Below are positions 25,701 to 33,415 of a stretch of DNA of 33,415 nucleotides, in pieces; the stretch's first letter is position 1; each line of letters starts with the position of its first letter. The stretch is from IMG/VR virus record IMGVR_UViG_3300023197_000203, positions 1-33,415 of that record; one strand, given 5' to 3'. Made by a program: the position numbers and the translations under genes. The DNA comes from a virus. Taxonomy: Duplodnaviria > Caudoviricetes. The notes under the pieces are model-generated. The model did no database searches. It was not told the DNA's origin and saw only the letters and a list, made by a program, of their open reading frames with translations.

Positions 25701-28260
25701 TGAGGACGGCGACACCGTTCGGCTCCGTGTCGTGGATCGCAGCGGCGGCGGGCTTGAGGTTCTCGACGTGTGGGGCACAGTCCAGAGCTACACCGACAAC
25801 GGCGACGGGACGCAGTCGTGGGACTTCGAGACCGCAGACGGCACGCTGACCAGCACATTCGGCCGGACGATCCACCGCGGCGCCCGCGTACTTGACTACG
25901 GCAAGGAAGGCGACCACCTGATCGAGCGGTCGGTCACCGACGTCAAGTCTCCATTTGACCGCACGGTCCGGTGGTTTGACGATGATACGGATGGGGTGCC
26001 CGATCGCTTCGAGACCGACACGCAGACCGGGCGGATCGACAGCCTCCCGGACGTCTCGACGGCCGAACCGGGCTTTTTTGGGAGCGTGATTCGGCTGACC
26101 GACGACATTCTGGCCGGGGACCTCACCAAACAAGACGACTATTTGGAGTACCTAAACGGCGACCTGACCGTTGACGGCCGCGTGTTCATGCGGGAGGGGA
26201 TTATCGAGGAGTCGGTGACGATCGACGGCACGGGGGTTTGGCCCTCCCAGCTGCCGGGCAATCTCATTTCCCTGTGGACCGGATACACCGACCGCGACAG
26301 GATCCAGGGCGAGATCCCGAAGGGCCGCACCGGCAGCCCCGATCAAATCACGCCCGGCGAGGAAGGCCGCGTGACCACCAACTTCTCGAACTACGTTCGG
26401 GTCGACCGCGGCGGGGCCCACGGCAATGGTTCTCTCTTCGTCAGCGACGACGACTTCCTCAACGAGCTCGACGACGGGGGCTTCGAGAGCGGCAACGACA
26501 CGCAGGGCAACCGCACCGGCCTCTCCGCCACCACGACCAACCGGGCCACCGGAAGCACCTCGGTTATTCAGACCGACGAGGCCCGAAGCGGGGACCACGC
26601 GGTCGAGATGGTCAAAGACTTCGACTCCTCGGGATCGGACCCCGGCTCGACGGAGAACACCATCACCTACGACCTGACCGACCTGCCCTCCAGCGCGTCG
26701 GACTATGCCGGCACCATCGCGGTGAAGCCGACGGACCTTTCCTCCATCGACACCCTGGAGCTGGACATTTCGATGGACGAGGACTCAACGACGCTCCAGT
26801 TCGAGGTGGATCGCGGGGAGTGGCAGGTCCTCCCGTTCCTCATGGATACCGGCGAAGGGCAAAACGAGACGGAAGCGACGCTTACGGTTACGTGGCCGGG
26901 TAGCGACGACAACGTCGGCCGGCTGCTCGTCGACGAGATGGCCATCTACCCGGACCGGGCCATCAACACGACCGCGGAGGTCGGGGCCCCCTTCGACGCC
27001 GGCACGGAGGGGCCGCCGAGCACCTTGATCTATCCGGTTGACCTCAAAGGGGACTTCACCGTCGGGATGCACCTCCTCGAGTGGACGGGGACCGACGGGG
27101 GAGGAGGGATCCAGCTCTCGGGACCGGACAGCACCACGGACTTCATGACCATCAGCAAGAACGCCGGGTCTCAGTGGGAGCTCGACACTGCCGTGGGCGC
27201 AGGCGAGACGAAAGACGTGGCCGACTTCCCCGAGCCCGACGACGAGTTCCACGAGTACTGGGTGTTCATGACCCGCGAGGGAGACACAATCACGGGCAAG
27301 GCATTCCTGTCAGACGGGCAAGTGGTCGAGCTCTCGGCCAGCGGCTCGGAGGTAAGCGAAATGGACTTCGACGAGGTTCTCCCTGCCGCCGCCGGTCCTG
27401 CTTCCTGGTCGGCCTTCGTGGACCACGCGATGATCGCCAACGAGCCGTACTCGACGGCCGATTGCGAGCGAATCGTAAACGCCGGGGCCCCACTTGCGCC
27501 CGGGGACACGGGACTGAGCACAAACGCCCCGCAGAGCGGCGTCACCATTCGCTCCGATTCGGAGCCGACCGAGCGGCAGAGCGGCAATGCGCTCCAAGAA
27601 GGGGACCTGTGGATCGATACCGACGACGGCGACAAGCCCCATACCTGGGACGGCAGCCTGTGGGTCGCGGCCTACACCCAAATCGACGGCGGCAACCTCC
27701 GCACCGGCACCGTCAACGCGGACAAGATCGTCACCGACAAGACGCTCAGTGACCAGATCCTCGCCAACCAAGCCACTGTCAGCGACACCCTTACGCTCGG
27801 GGACGGAAATGGAAACGGAAAGCTGGTCAACCCCGGCGGCGACTACGAGGTAAGCGAAAACGGCATCGATCTATTGGTTGGATCGGGGGACGGCAACGAG
27901 CTCGGGTTCTGGGACAACGGGATCCAGACCGGAACCAAGATCGGCTTCATCCGGGGGTTCTCTCAGCAGTTTCAGTTCACGGCAACCAACGACACCGACT
28001 TCGACTTCCAGGCCAACGACGGCACGATACGGCTCTTCGCCGGGAAGAAAGAGATCGAACTTGCAGCAGGTGGGGGGAGCGCGTTCGTTCAGAAGATAGA
28101 TAGTGGGCTGGCCCTCGTCATGAACCAGGGCTTCGAGGACACCGACAGCCCGCCCGATCCGGTGGTCGATAACATCGCGATCTACGCAAAGGAGGACTCC
28201 AGCGGTGTCACAAGGCTCTTCTACGCCGACGAAAACGGCAACGAGCACGGACCGCTTTAG
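22711..28260 (+). CDS. large tail tip/hub and receptor-binding protein
   Basis: 1849 aa abutting the TMP; EAIDGL..L hub-like N-terminus; NGSFE/DGGFE CBM-like starts; GDLWIDTDDG and IDGGNLRTGTVNADKI fibre-like segments. Confidence 0.8.
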   Translation: MASYGTKYRYQYVEANGLTVEVQLQQQGYSGSVTDLSASEQGFEVTWGQQGQQDLTRPLKVSTARLWFEGDANGEAVKEVFDSGDFEWRVRYLVSGSLEWEGFLATELWRSNPNSNADTIELEAIDGLTLLENRQAYDFELPVSSILDNVLRGWTPGQDDSAPFHDLPIVTSQDWRPDGLSLPNIGPDQPFDELIIPDKSYKELDDKGEVEGTLDQRTQLEDILERFGLQLFLARGKWWIRQRDQIEDGSSLKSWEMPTSSSDFNDSSTRDVTADLPHQLRRTEKPKRRVQRLRSLESVQTYDDLGELVLNGSFEEGPDNLEDWTTSDLVRDDGTTNGEVMKFSNTGITGVTETQSDSHLLALRNPEDDSPHPTVYQRLAPVQNAGPNAAYELAFDVAIDGSSFLPSIQIRVEGSSSTWYLKDDRTATRQKIKPAQQGTVPVQQLPGTSGTVVIPAGAELPVYKKLSNAPEKIGSITLEEPAFAGDTSLTADVSTELPQGALVTWWFWTTTEYTLGGHRSLPTDPGLDSARMIPQLLTAPQHTTTGDIVDGELVFEVSLREGEGDSAYDHFSAQLVKDGDPIEETSHIALDDQFGRNLRLEHRIGDGPTDGHPRGIFGSGGTAVFGNWGTGPNPGQTGKGIEQLLAEQWMRQQRETLDRRTFQFEERGAQIGPQYVYSLDGTPYTPTFLRYATSSSGNSGTIEITELKDAGISGLEQAFSMDNQSAGGAGGSGGTIINTGDGGGGGVSSWGELSGKPSGLFSVNGDNDGIPETQTLGKAEIADSLGHSPGLADGIQTFIRDASTNTALVTELGIKSYVDDNVSSVALDLGDDDTIEIESIAQISVRDDTFSVFSVGSTTGELLIDVNKRWPVADTVDGYEGDELAVLSEDETITGQWLHDTRTDFSAEVRHPDWSSGLSHWGIESDGTADFRLLQVDELRAEAFTADVTQSLAGSDVLTKSAADLASNFTVPNANDGFVTNALHIENVGEVGAQAAFEDGDTVRLRVVDRSGGGLEVLDVWGTVQSYTDNGDGTQSWDFETADGTLTSTFGRTIHRGARVLDYGKEGDHLIERSVTDVKSPFDRTVRWFDDDTDGVPDRFETDTQTGRIDSLPDVSTAEPGFFGSVIRLTDDILAGDLTKQDDYLEYLNGDLTVDGRVFMREGIIEESVTIDGTGVWPSQLPGNLISLWTGYTDRDRIQGEIPKGRTGSPDQITPGEEGRVTTNFSNYVRVDRGGAHGNGSLFVSDDDFLNELDDGGFESGNDTQGNRTGLSATTTNRATGSTSVIQTDEARSGDHAVEMVKDFDSSGSDPGSTENTITYDLTDLPSSASDYAGTIAVKPTDLSSIDTLELDISMDEDSTTLQFEVDRGEWQVLPFLMDTGEGQNETEATLTVTWPGSDDNVGRLLVDEMAIYPDRAINTTAEVGAPFDAGTEGPPSTLIYPVDLKGDFTVGMHLLEWTGTDGGGGIQLSGPDSTTDFMTISKNAGSQWELDTAVGAGETKDVADFPEPDDEFHEYWVFMTREGDTITGKAFLSDGQVVELSASGSEVSEMDFDEVLPAAAGPASWSAFVDHAMIANEPYSTADCERIVNAGAPLAPGDTGLSTNAPQSGVTIRSDSEPTERQSGNALQEGDLWIDTDDGDKPHTWDGSLWVAAYTQIDGGNLRTGTVNADKIVTDKTLSDQILANQATVSDTLTLGDGNGNGKLVNPGGDYEVSENGIDLLVGSGDGNELGFWDNGIQTGTKIGFIRGFSQQFQFTATNDTDFDFQANDGTIRLFAGKKEIELAAGGGSAFVQKIDSGLALVMNQGFEDTDSPPDPVVDNIAIYAKEDSSGVTRLFYADENGNEHGPL

Positions 28261-28269
28261 GGCTCTCGC

Positions 28270-28716
28270 TTGATCAAGTACGTCATTCCACTTCTTCTTC
28301 TCTGCCCGGCCCTCGCCTCCGGACAGACGACCGATCTCGCGGTGCGGACGGTCTTCACGTCGGCGCACTACACCGGCGGGGAGTTCAACGAGACGAATCC
28401 GGGGGTCTTCCTCTCCTACCCGTCCCCCGTTGGCGGGAGAGTCGTTGGGGGCGCCGTGAAGAACAGCTACGGCAAGACCTCGGCGGCCCTCGGAGCTCAG
28501 GTGTCCCGTTCTCCTCTTCCGTATGTGCGCCTGTCCGTCTCTGTAGGCGTGGCGACCGGATACGGGAACAGTAGCTACGACGTCGGGCCGAAGGGCCTTG
28601 TCGTGAGCTCGATGCAGACCCTGGCGATTGGGCCGCCGGATGTGCAACTGCTAGCGATACACATCCCTGGAGCCGTGGTCATTGGTCTGCGGGTGCCGAT
28701 CGGTGGAGGACGGTGA
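28270..28716 (+). CDS. secreted outer-membrane beta-barrel-like protein (PagP-like pattern)
   Basis: Signal peptide MIKYVIPLLLLCPALASG; S.H....FNETNPG and G..KNSYG..S motifs; GVATGY; alternating hydrophobic strands. Confidence 0.55.
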   Translation: MIKYVIPLLLLCPALASGQTTDLAVRTVFTSAHYTGGEFNETNPGVFLSYPSPVGGRVVGGAVKNSYGKTSAALGAQVSRSPLPYVRLSVSVGVATGYGNSSYDVGPKGLVVSSMQTLAIGPPDVQLLAIHIPGAVVIGLRVPIGGGR

Positions 28717-28749
28717 TGACTCTCATGCTTTCAGGTATAGGACCTCTAG

Positions 28750-29127
28750 GTGCGCACATACACCACTTCTTCGGGCGCTACCGCCTTCCTCAAGGACCAG
28801 ACGGTTGACATGGAGGCCACCCACCGGCCTTCCGTTGATCCGATAATAGACGCCGCTCAACCGGTCTATTCCGACCCCGGCTACGAGCTCGTGATCACGT
28901 CTGCGGCCGACGGCGACCACGGTGATACATCTTTGCATTACGTCGATTCCGGCCAGTTTGACGGCGGGCTCGCGCTCGACTTGAGGTGCGCGGAGTGGTG
29001 GGGATATCCCAAACAGGACCGCCTGGAGATCGAGCGGCGCCTCGAAGACAGGCTCTCCGATCAGTACGACGTCGTCGGCCAGTCCGACGGGCACACCTCC
29101 CACATCCACGTCGAACGAGATCTCTAG
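28750..29127 (+). CDS. endolysin, peptidase M15-like (Hedgehog/DD-peptidase fold)
   Basis: ITS..DG.H...SLHY...GLALDLR...HIHVE zinc-ligand pattern. Confidence 0.8.
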   Translation: MRTYTTSSGATAFLKDQTVDMEATHRPSVDPIIDAAQPVYSDPGYELVITSAADGDHGDTSLHYVDSGQFDGGLALDLRCAEWWGYPKQDRLEIERRLEDRLSDQYDVVGQSDGHTSHIHVERDL

Positions 29128-29138
29128 GACCCCGATGA

Positions 29139-29585
29139 ATGCTTGAGCTTCTCCTCAGTCACCTCCCTTCCATCATCTCGGCCGTGTGCGGCGGAGGCCT
29201 CGTTACCGCCGGCATCAAGGCCTACCAGACCTACTTCACCCAGCGGCGCAAAGACGACCAGCAAGACCACGAGCAGGACCTGGAGCTCTCCGAGCATCTC
29301 GAATCTCGGCTCAGCAAGATGGAGGGCCGTCTGGATTCGGCGGAATCGGAGCTGCGCACCACCAGAGAAGAGCTGTCCCGGGCCCGCATCCGAGAAGACG
29401 AGCTCACGGCGGCCGTCCATGCCTTGATCGATCGGGTAGACAGGCTGCTAAACCGCCTGGAGGAGCACGAGCACATCAGCGAAGACGAGCGCGACCGCCT
29501 CACTTCCGTCCCGCCCTACGCACGCACTTCTAACGATGATACGCAGAGCAAACCCGACGATGGATCATCCAGCGAAACCGAGTGA
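29139..29585 (+). CDS. putative holin-like membrane protein with coiled coil
   Basis: N-terminal hydrophobic helix (LPSIISAVCGGGLVTAGI) followed by a long coiled coil; next to the endolysin. Confidence 0.55.
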   Translation: MLELLLSHLPSIISAVCGGGLVTAGIKAYQTYFTQRRKDDQQDHEQDLELSEHLESRLSKMEGRLDSAESELRTTREELSRARIREDELTAAVHALIDRVDRLLNRLEEHEHISEDERDRLTSVPPYARTSNDDTQSKPDDGSSSETE

Positions 29586-29841
29586 CCACGCACACCTCCG
29601 GTCCATCCTCCGCCGCCTCGAGTCCGACAGCTGGGGCGGGTGGCACGGAAATGATCTCCCTGTCGTCGAGGGGGAGGATAAAGATGTCGACGAGATGCTC
29701 GACGAGCTGCGCCGCCGGGCCGCCGATCGGCTCGAGGAGCATGAGGATAGGCAGGAGTTTACGCCTCCATCGAGGGAGCGTCGGGAGGCCAAACAGAAAG
29801 CTGAACACCGCATCCAGACCGGCCAAACAGAAATATGGTAA
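29560..29841 (+). CDS. hypothetical protein
   Basis: Charged 93-aa ORF overlapping both neighbours; start uncertain (29536 or 29560). Confidence 0.5.
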   Translation: MDHPAKPSDHAHLRSILRRLESDSWGGWHGNDLPVVEGEDKDVDEMLDELRRRAADRLEEHEDRQEFTPPSRERREAKQKAEHRIQTGQTEIW

Positions 29842-30368
29842 GACACGCCCTCGCCGCCGTTTTGCTCGTCCTCCTGGCCGGCTGCTCCACCTACTCGACC
29901 GTCACCGTCCCGGCCGGGGAGCCTACGGTTGTCTCGAGTCCCCCGGATACGTCGGTCCTAGAGGAGCTCCCAAAGGCCGATATCGATGGGACTCGGACTG
30001 AGCCGATCAAGGTCACCGTCCATGAGGACACGACGACGCGGCCGACTGTGGACCTGTCGTTCCTCGAAGTGGACCGGTCGGACCCGGACAACCAGACCAT
30101 CACCACACGGGTCGAGAGAGGCTCCACAACCGTCGAGAAGACGTTTCGTCTGCCGGAGGTGGGGGAACAGACGCGTCTCTTCAGCCGCGGCTCAGGGCTT
30201 GAGGGAACGGTTTTCGGGGCGCCGATCAGCCACGAGGAAGACGCGATCACCCAGTCGATCAACAAGCCGTGGTATCTGGATCTGTTTGAGCGGATTCGGT
30301 TGCTCTTTGCGGTCATCTTCGGCGGGGCCTTGCTTTACGTGATTGTCCGGATCGTGCCATGGGCGTAA
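29835..30368 (+). CDS. putative unimolecular spanin (lipoprotein with C-terminal TM helix)
   Basis: Lipobox LLAG-C17; beta-rich middle; C-terminal LLFAVIFGGALLYVIV; in the lysis cassette. Confidence 0.7.
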   Translation: MVRHALAAVLLVLLAGCSTYSTVTVPAGEPTVVSSPPDTSVLEELPKADIDGTRTEPIKVTVHEDTTTRPTVDLSFLEVDRSDPDNQTITTRVERGSTTVEKTFRLPEVGEQTRLFSRGSGLEGTVFGAPISHEEDAITQSINKPWYLDLFERIRLLFAVIFGGALLYVIVRIVPWA

Positions 30369-30390
30369 TGGCTGCCCATGATACCTCCAC

Positions 30391-30445
30391 CCGGGGGCGG
30401 GGGTGACACATCTTGGAAATGAGTCGCTCTTGAATCGAATTAGGG
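30391..30445. mobile_element. 55-bp insertion flanked by tccac direct repeats (possible IS remnant)
   Basis: tccac at 30386-30390 and 30446-30450; the insert carries two in-frame TGA stops; removal restores MAAHDTSTVVDH. Confidence 0.55.
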
Positions 30446-30982
30446 TCCACAGTTGTGGACCACGTCGCCGACCACTTTCCCGAACAGGACGCGGACGCCG
30501 GAGAGCTGGAGTCTTATCCTCACTTCCTGGAAATGGACGAGGCGGAGGAGCTGGCCTCGATGTACGCGGTTGACAACGAGCCGATGGCAGCCTGTGAGGA
30601 GGCTTTTAACCTCACCCACGACGAGTTTCTCGACTTCCGCCGGGCCCACGCTTTGCGGCACGACCAGCCGACATCAGTAGATCCGGAGAAGACGATCGAA
30701 GAGTCGGTCGGTGAGCTGACCCAGCGCCAGCGCCAACAGGCGGTCGAGCGGAAGGCCAAGCGGAAGCAAAAGAGAGACCGAGAGAAGGCGGCCGCCCAGT
30801 GGTGGGAGCTCGAACAGAGCCTACAGGAGGCCGCTGAGGCATTTCAGGAGGAAGAGTACGACCCACCGCGGCTTCGCGTCCGGATGGCCGAGGAGGTCGA
30901 TACGGAGGCCTGCGGCGTGTTCAACAGCCAGGATCTGCATCTGGGCTGCCGCCCAGCGGATGCGGAGGGGTTCTCCGTTGAA

Positions 30983-31273
30983 CCCATCTTCGACACCCCC
31001 GCTGGCGGCCCAGCAAAGCTCGGAGATTGGGTGTCAACATTGTACAATCGTTGTGAGAAAAGATGCATATTCGGGCCGAATTCGTCCCGCTTCCCCACTT
31101 CGACCTGCGTCGAGACCGACTGAAATTACCGATCGCGTTCCTTGCGAGCAATCCGGTCGGCAAAAAGGCACGATGAGACCCTAAAATGTACAACTAATGT
31201 TGTCATTTCGGGTACAATTCAAAGGTCGTTCTTTAAAATCAGCTGCCGCGGGGAGGGGGGTGTCGAAGATCGG
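30983..31273. mobile_element. 291-bp MITE-like non-autonomous element
   Basis: 18-bp terminal IRs cccatcttcgacaccccc / gggggtgtcgaagatcgg (1 mismatch); gttgaa duplicated at 30977-30982 and 31274-31279; lower GC; no transposase. Confidence 0.85.
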
Positions 31274-31991
31274 GTTGAAGAGTACCGCGAGGAGATCCTC
31301 TCACGTTTCCGGACTGCGCTGGAGGATGCCGTTCGTCTCCGGAAACTCGAACGGCTTTACATCGTCGGCGGTGGCAATCTCGTCCATTCGGATACGGCCG
31401 GTGGGCAAACGGCCAGTGGGACGAAGTTGGAGATGGCGTGCTCCACGTCAACGGCGCTTCAGCACGGCATCCGTTTGCTCGTGGAGGTCGTGTATATGGC
31501 CCAGCAGGTGGCCGAAGGGGTTACGATCGTCCCGATTCACGGCAACCACGATAGAACTGAAGGCATCGCGGCTGCCATGGCGGCCGGGCAGCGGTTCCAC
31601 TCCGCCGAGGACGTCGAGATGATGGACCTCGCAGAGCGGCAGTACGACACGTACGCCGGGCATCTGCTCTGCCTCACGCACGGCGATCTGGCCAAGAAGC
31701 GGATGCGAATGCTCGGCGAGATCATGCGCTCGGAGGCGCGGGGGCTGTACGGCGAGACCGAACACTCCTCTGTCTTCGTCGGCCACCTCCACCACAAGGC
31801 GATGGACATGGTGGATGAGTCAGGTAGAGTGGTCTACCAGAACCCTTCGCCCGTTCCGATTGACGCCTACCACGATCAGAGCGGGTACGTGGGCTCGCGG
31901 AAGGGTGTGCAGTTGGTGCTGCTGGATCGAGAGGCTGGCGGGGACCGGATGATTCATGCTTAGCCGAGAATCCAAAATGCTCTAGAGTAGG

Positions 31992-32198
31992 CTATTCTTC
32001 CTCAAGTTCACCCAGGAAAGTGAGCACGACAAGCAACAGTATGGCCAAGGCTACGAAGGGGCTGTTCAGCATAAATGCCCCGATCGAGGGAAAGAAAACC
32101 GCGATTCCTACGGCTAAGCCTATCCAAATTAAGGCTCTCATCGGGAGAACGGTCTCAATGTTGCCACCACAGATCAATGAGCGCCATACTTCTCGCAC
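31992..32198 (-). CDS. small two-TM membrane protein
   Basis: ALIWIGLAVGIAVFFPSIGAF and FVALAILLLVVLTFL hydrophobic helices; true start may be the internal Met. Confidence 0.55.
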   Translation of the reverse strand: MREVWRSLICGGNIETVLPMRALIWIGLAVGIAVFFPSIGAFMLNSPFVALAILLLVVLTFLGELEEE

Positions 32199-32887
32199 TC
32201 CTTCTCAAGAAGCTTTTTGAAGCTACCCCAACTCTGCACTGCTGAAGGGTTTACGGATGTTTGGAATATAGTGCGTGCAGATTCTTGACGACTCTCTCCA
32301 ACAAGTCCCCCAGCACACCAAGCGATTATCAGTGCACTGGCGACCATAGTTCTCCTGTAATCACGTTCAATCTGATCGGGAGTTAGCCCTTGATCATCGA
32401 TCCCGACAGTTTGGTCCGCTTGTAGGGACATGAGATTCCCCCAGGCGTCCTCTGCGGCTTCCAACGCGGTTGAGTAGGAATCGAGTTGAGACCCCTTTCC
32501 AAAATACTGATCCGAGAAGAACATCTTCTCCATCGAGTCAGCGAGCAGAAATGAAGCTGTTGCAGCTTCTCTCCAGTCTCCACCCGACCTGCATTCTTCG
32601 ATAACGGTTTCGGCCTTTCGACTGGCATCTTTGACTCTCTTCCTCGCTGCTGAGCGGTCTATTGCTGAGTTGCTGTTGGATTTTGAAGTAGCAGTGTTGG
32701 AACTCAGAGTGGAAGTTTCCGAAGAGCCAGGGATTGATGATCCAGGCTGAGTACCCAACGAAGCGTTGTTAGTATGCTCTTCAATGGTCCCTTCGTCTTT
32801 CGCAGACTCACCAGCCACCTCGATCATCTCGGTCAAGAACTGATAAACGACGATAATAATGAATAACCATCCGAATAAAGTAATCAC
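32174..32887 (-). CDS. membrane-anchored hypothetical protein
   Basis: N-terminal TM (LFGWLFIIIVVYQFL), Ser/Thr-rich linker, helical C-terminal domain; lower GC than the phage core. Confidence 0.6.
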   Translation of the reverse strand: MITLFGWLFIIIVVYQFLTEMIEVAGESAKDEGTIEEHTNNASLGTQPGSSIPGSSETSTLSSNTATSKSNSNSAIDRSAARKRVKDASRKAETVIEECRSGGDWREAATASFLLADSMEKMFFSDQYFGKGSQLDSYSTALEAAEDAWGNLMSLQADQTVGIDDQGLTPDQIERDYRRTMVASALIIAWCAGGLVGESRQESARTIFQTSVNPSAVQSWGSFKKLLEKECEKYGAH

Positions 32888-33169
32888 AGTAAACCTTGAG
32901 AACTAGACTGAACCCGACGGACCTTAGTCAGCAACGTTCGGTTTTTCTACTCTAACGAAAAGTTTGCATAAAACACGGACTTCTACCAGGGGGCAACATG
33001 CACCATAGAGACACAGGCAGGGCCGTGAATCTAACGATGAGACTCTCGCCTTCATGTTTTCTTCGATATTTGGTTATGTCAGTGCTGTATTATGATTGAA
33101 CATCCCGGAGACCAGCTAGTCCCATACAAATGAGTTGAATTCCTAAGGATTGGTCATCTTGCCCCCACC

Positions 33170-33415
33170 ATGTTTATGTCCATGTCGTATAGAACAATCT
33201 CTCCTACTCTTGACGGTGATGGTGCAGTTAAATGTGTTTGGTGCGGTGATACGGTTGCCAAAGTTACCGATGGAGAGGGGCTTACCACCACCCAAGGGCC
33301 GCCTAACATGTCTCCTAATAAGAGTGAGGATACCGAGGAGGGTGTGAAGATCTGGCTTGACTGTCTGGAGTGCGGCGCGACAAACGTGGTGCTAGGAGTG
33401 GACCAGTCTAACTAA
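33170..33415 (+). CDS. small zinc-ribbon protein
   Basis: CVWC ... CLEC pairs; ORF ends at the last base of the window. Confidence 0.55.
   Translation: MFMSMSYRTISPTLDGDGAVKCVWCGDTVAKVTDGEGLTTTQGPPNMSPNKSEDTEEGVKIWLDCLECGATNVVLGVDQSN

Larger units (their letters stand above)
30368..31963 (+). pseudogene. calcineurin-like metallophosphoesterase interrupted by two insertions
   Basis: QDLHLG lies before the second insertion; GGGNLVHSD, HGNHD, THGD and GHLHH lie after it; removing both inserts gives one 412-aa ORF starting at the TAATG-coupled ATG 30368. Confidence 0.8.

Noticed and set aside
22711-28716. Diversity-generating retroelement or invertible tail-fibre cassette
   Set aside because: No reverse transcriptase or invertase and no TR/VR-like repeat pair noticed
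31121-31123. Single in-frame TGA within the 291-bp insert read through as selenocysteine, or the insert acting as an intein
   Set aside because: The translated insert lacks intein ends (Cys/Ser start, His-Asn end), read-through would add 99 aa inside the catalytic domain, and TIRs plus a target duplication explain it better as a DNA element
30983-31273. Group I or group II intron
   Set aside because: No junction register gives a 5' exon ending in U with an intron ending in G, there is no GUGYG start, and I could not identify conserved core elements
1-33415. Integrase, att sites, terminal repeats or tRNA genes
   Set aside because: No tyrosine or serine recombinase motifs, no matching end repeats and no cloverleaf seen by eye; the window appears cut at gene ends, so these may lie outside it
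1-33415. Haloarchaeal tailed virus
   Set aside because: The acidic proteome fits, but the sigma70-like factor, peptidoglycan peptidase and spanin-like lipoprotein indicate a bacterial host

Overview
This window holds a nearly complete ~32 kb siphovirus-type genome or prophage with a GC-rich sequence and very acidic (Asp/Glu-rich) proteins. The sigma-factor-like gene, M15-type endolysin and lipoprotein spanin indicate an extremely halophilic diderm bacterial host such as Salinibacter/Rhodothermota rather than a haloarchaeon (inference). Layout: a leftward early/replication arm (1-4941: HTH regulators and a large, atypical family-A/TV-Pol-like polymerase with an internal iteron-like repeat cluster); a palindromic operator at the divergence point; a rightward arm with a GIY-YIG nuclease and a sigma70-region-2 protein; the packaging and head module (TerS, TerL, portal, scaffold, MCP); a beta-propeller/PKD appendage module; head-tail connectors; an internally duplicated tail tube; a frameshifted tail chaperone; tape measure; a 1849-aa tail tip protein; a PagP-like secreted protein; a lysis cassette; and a metallophosphoesterase gene interrupted by two small insertions flanked by direct repeats. 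The last ~1.4 kb is lower-GC accessory or host-like DNA. No integrase, att site, helicase, tRNA or CRISPR array was seen. All product calls come from motif recognition and synteny by eye; no database searches were run.
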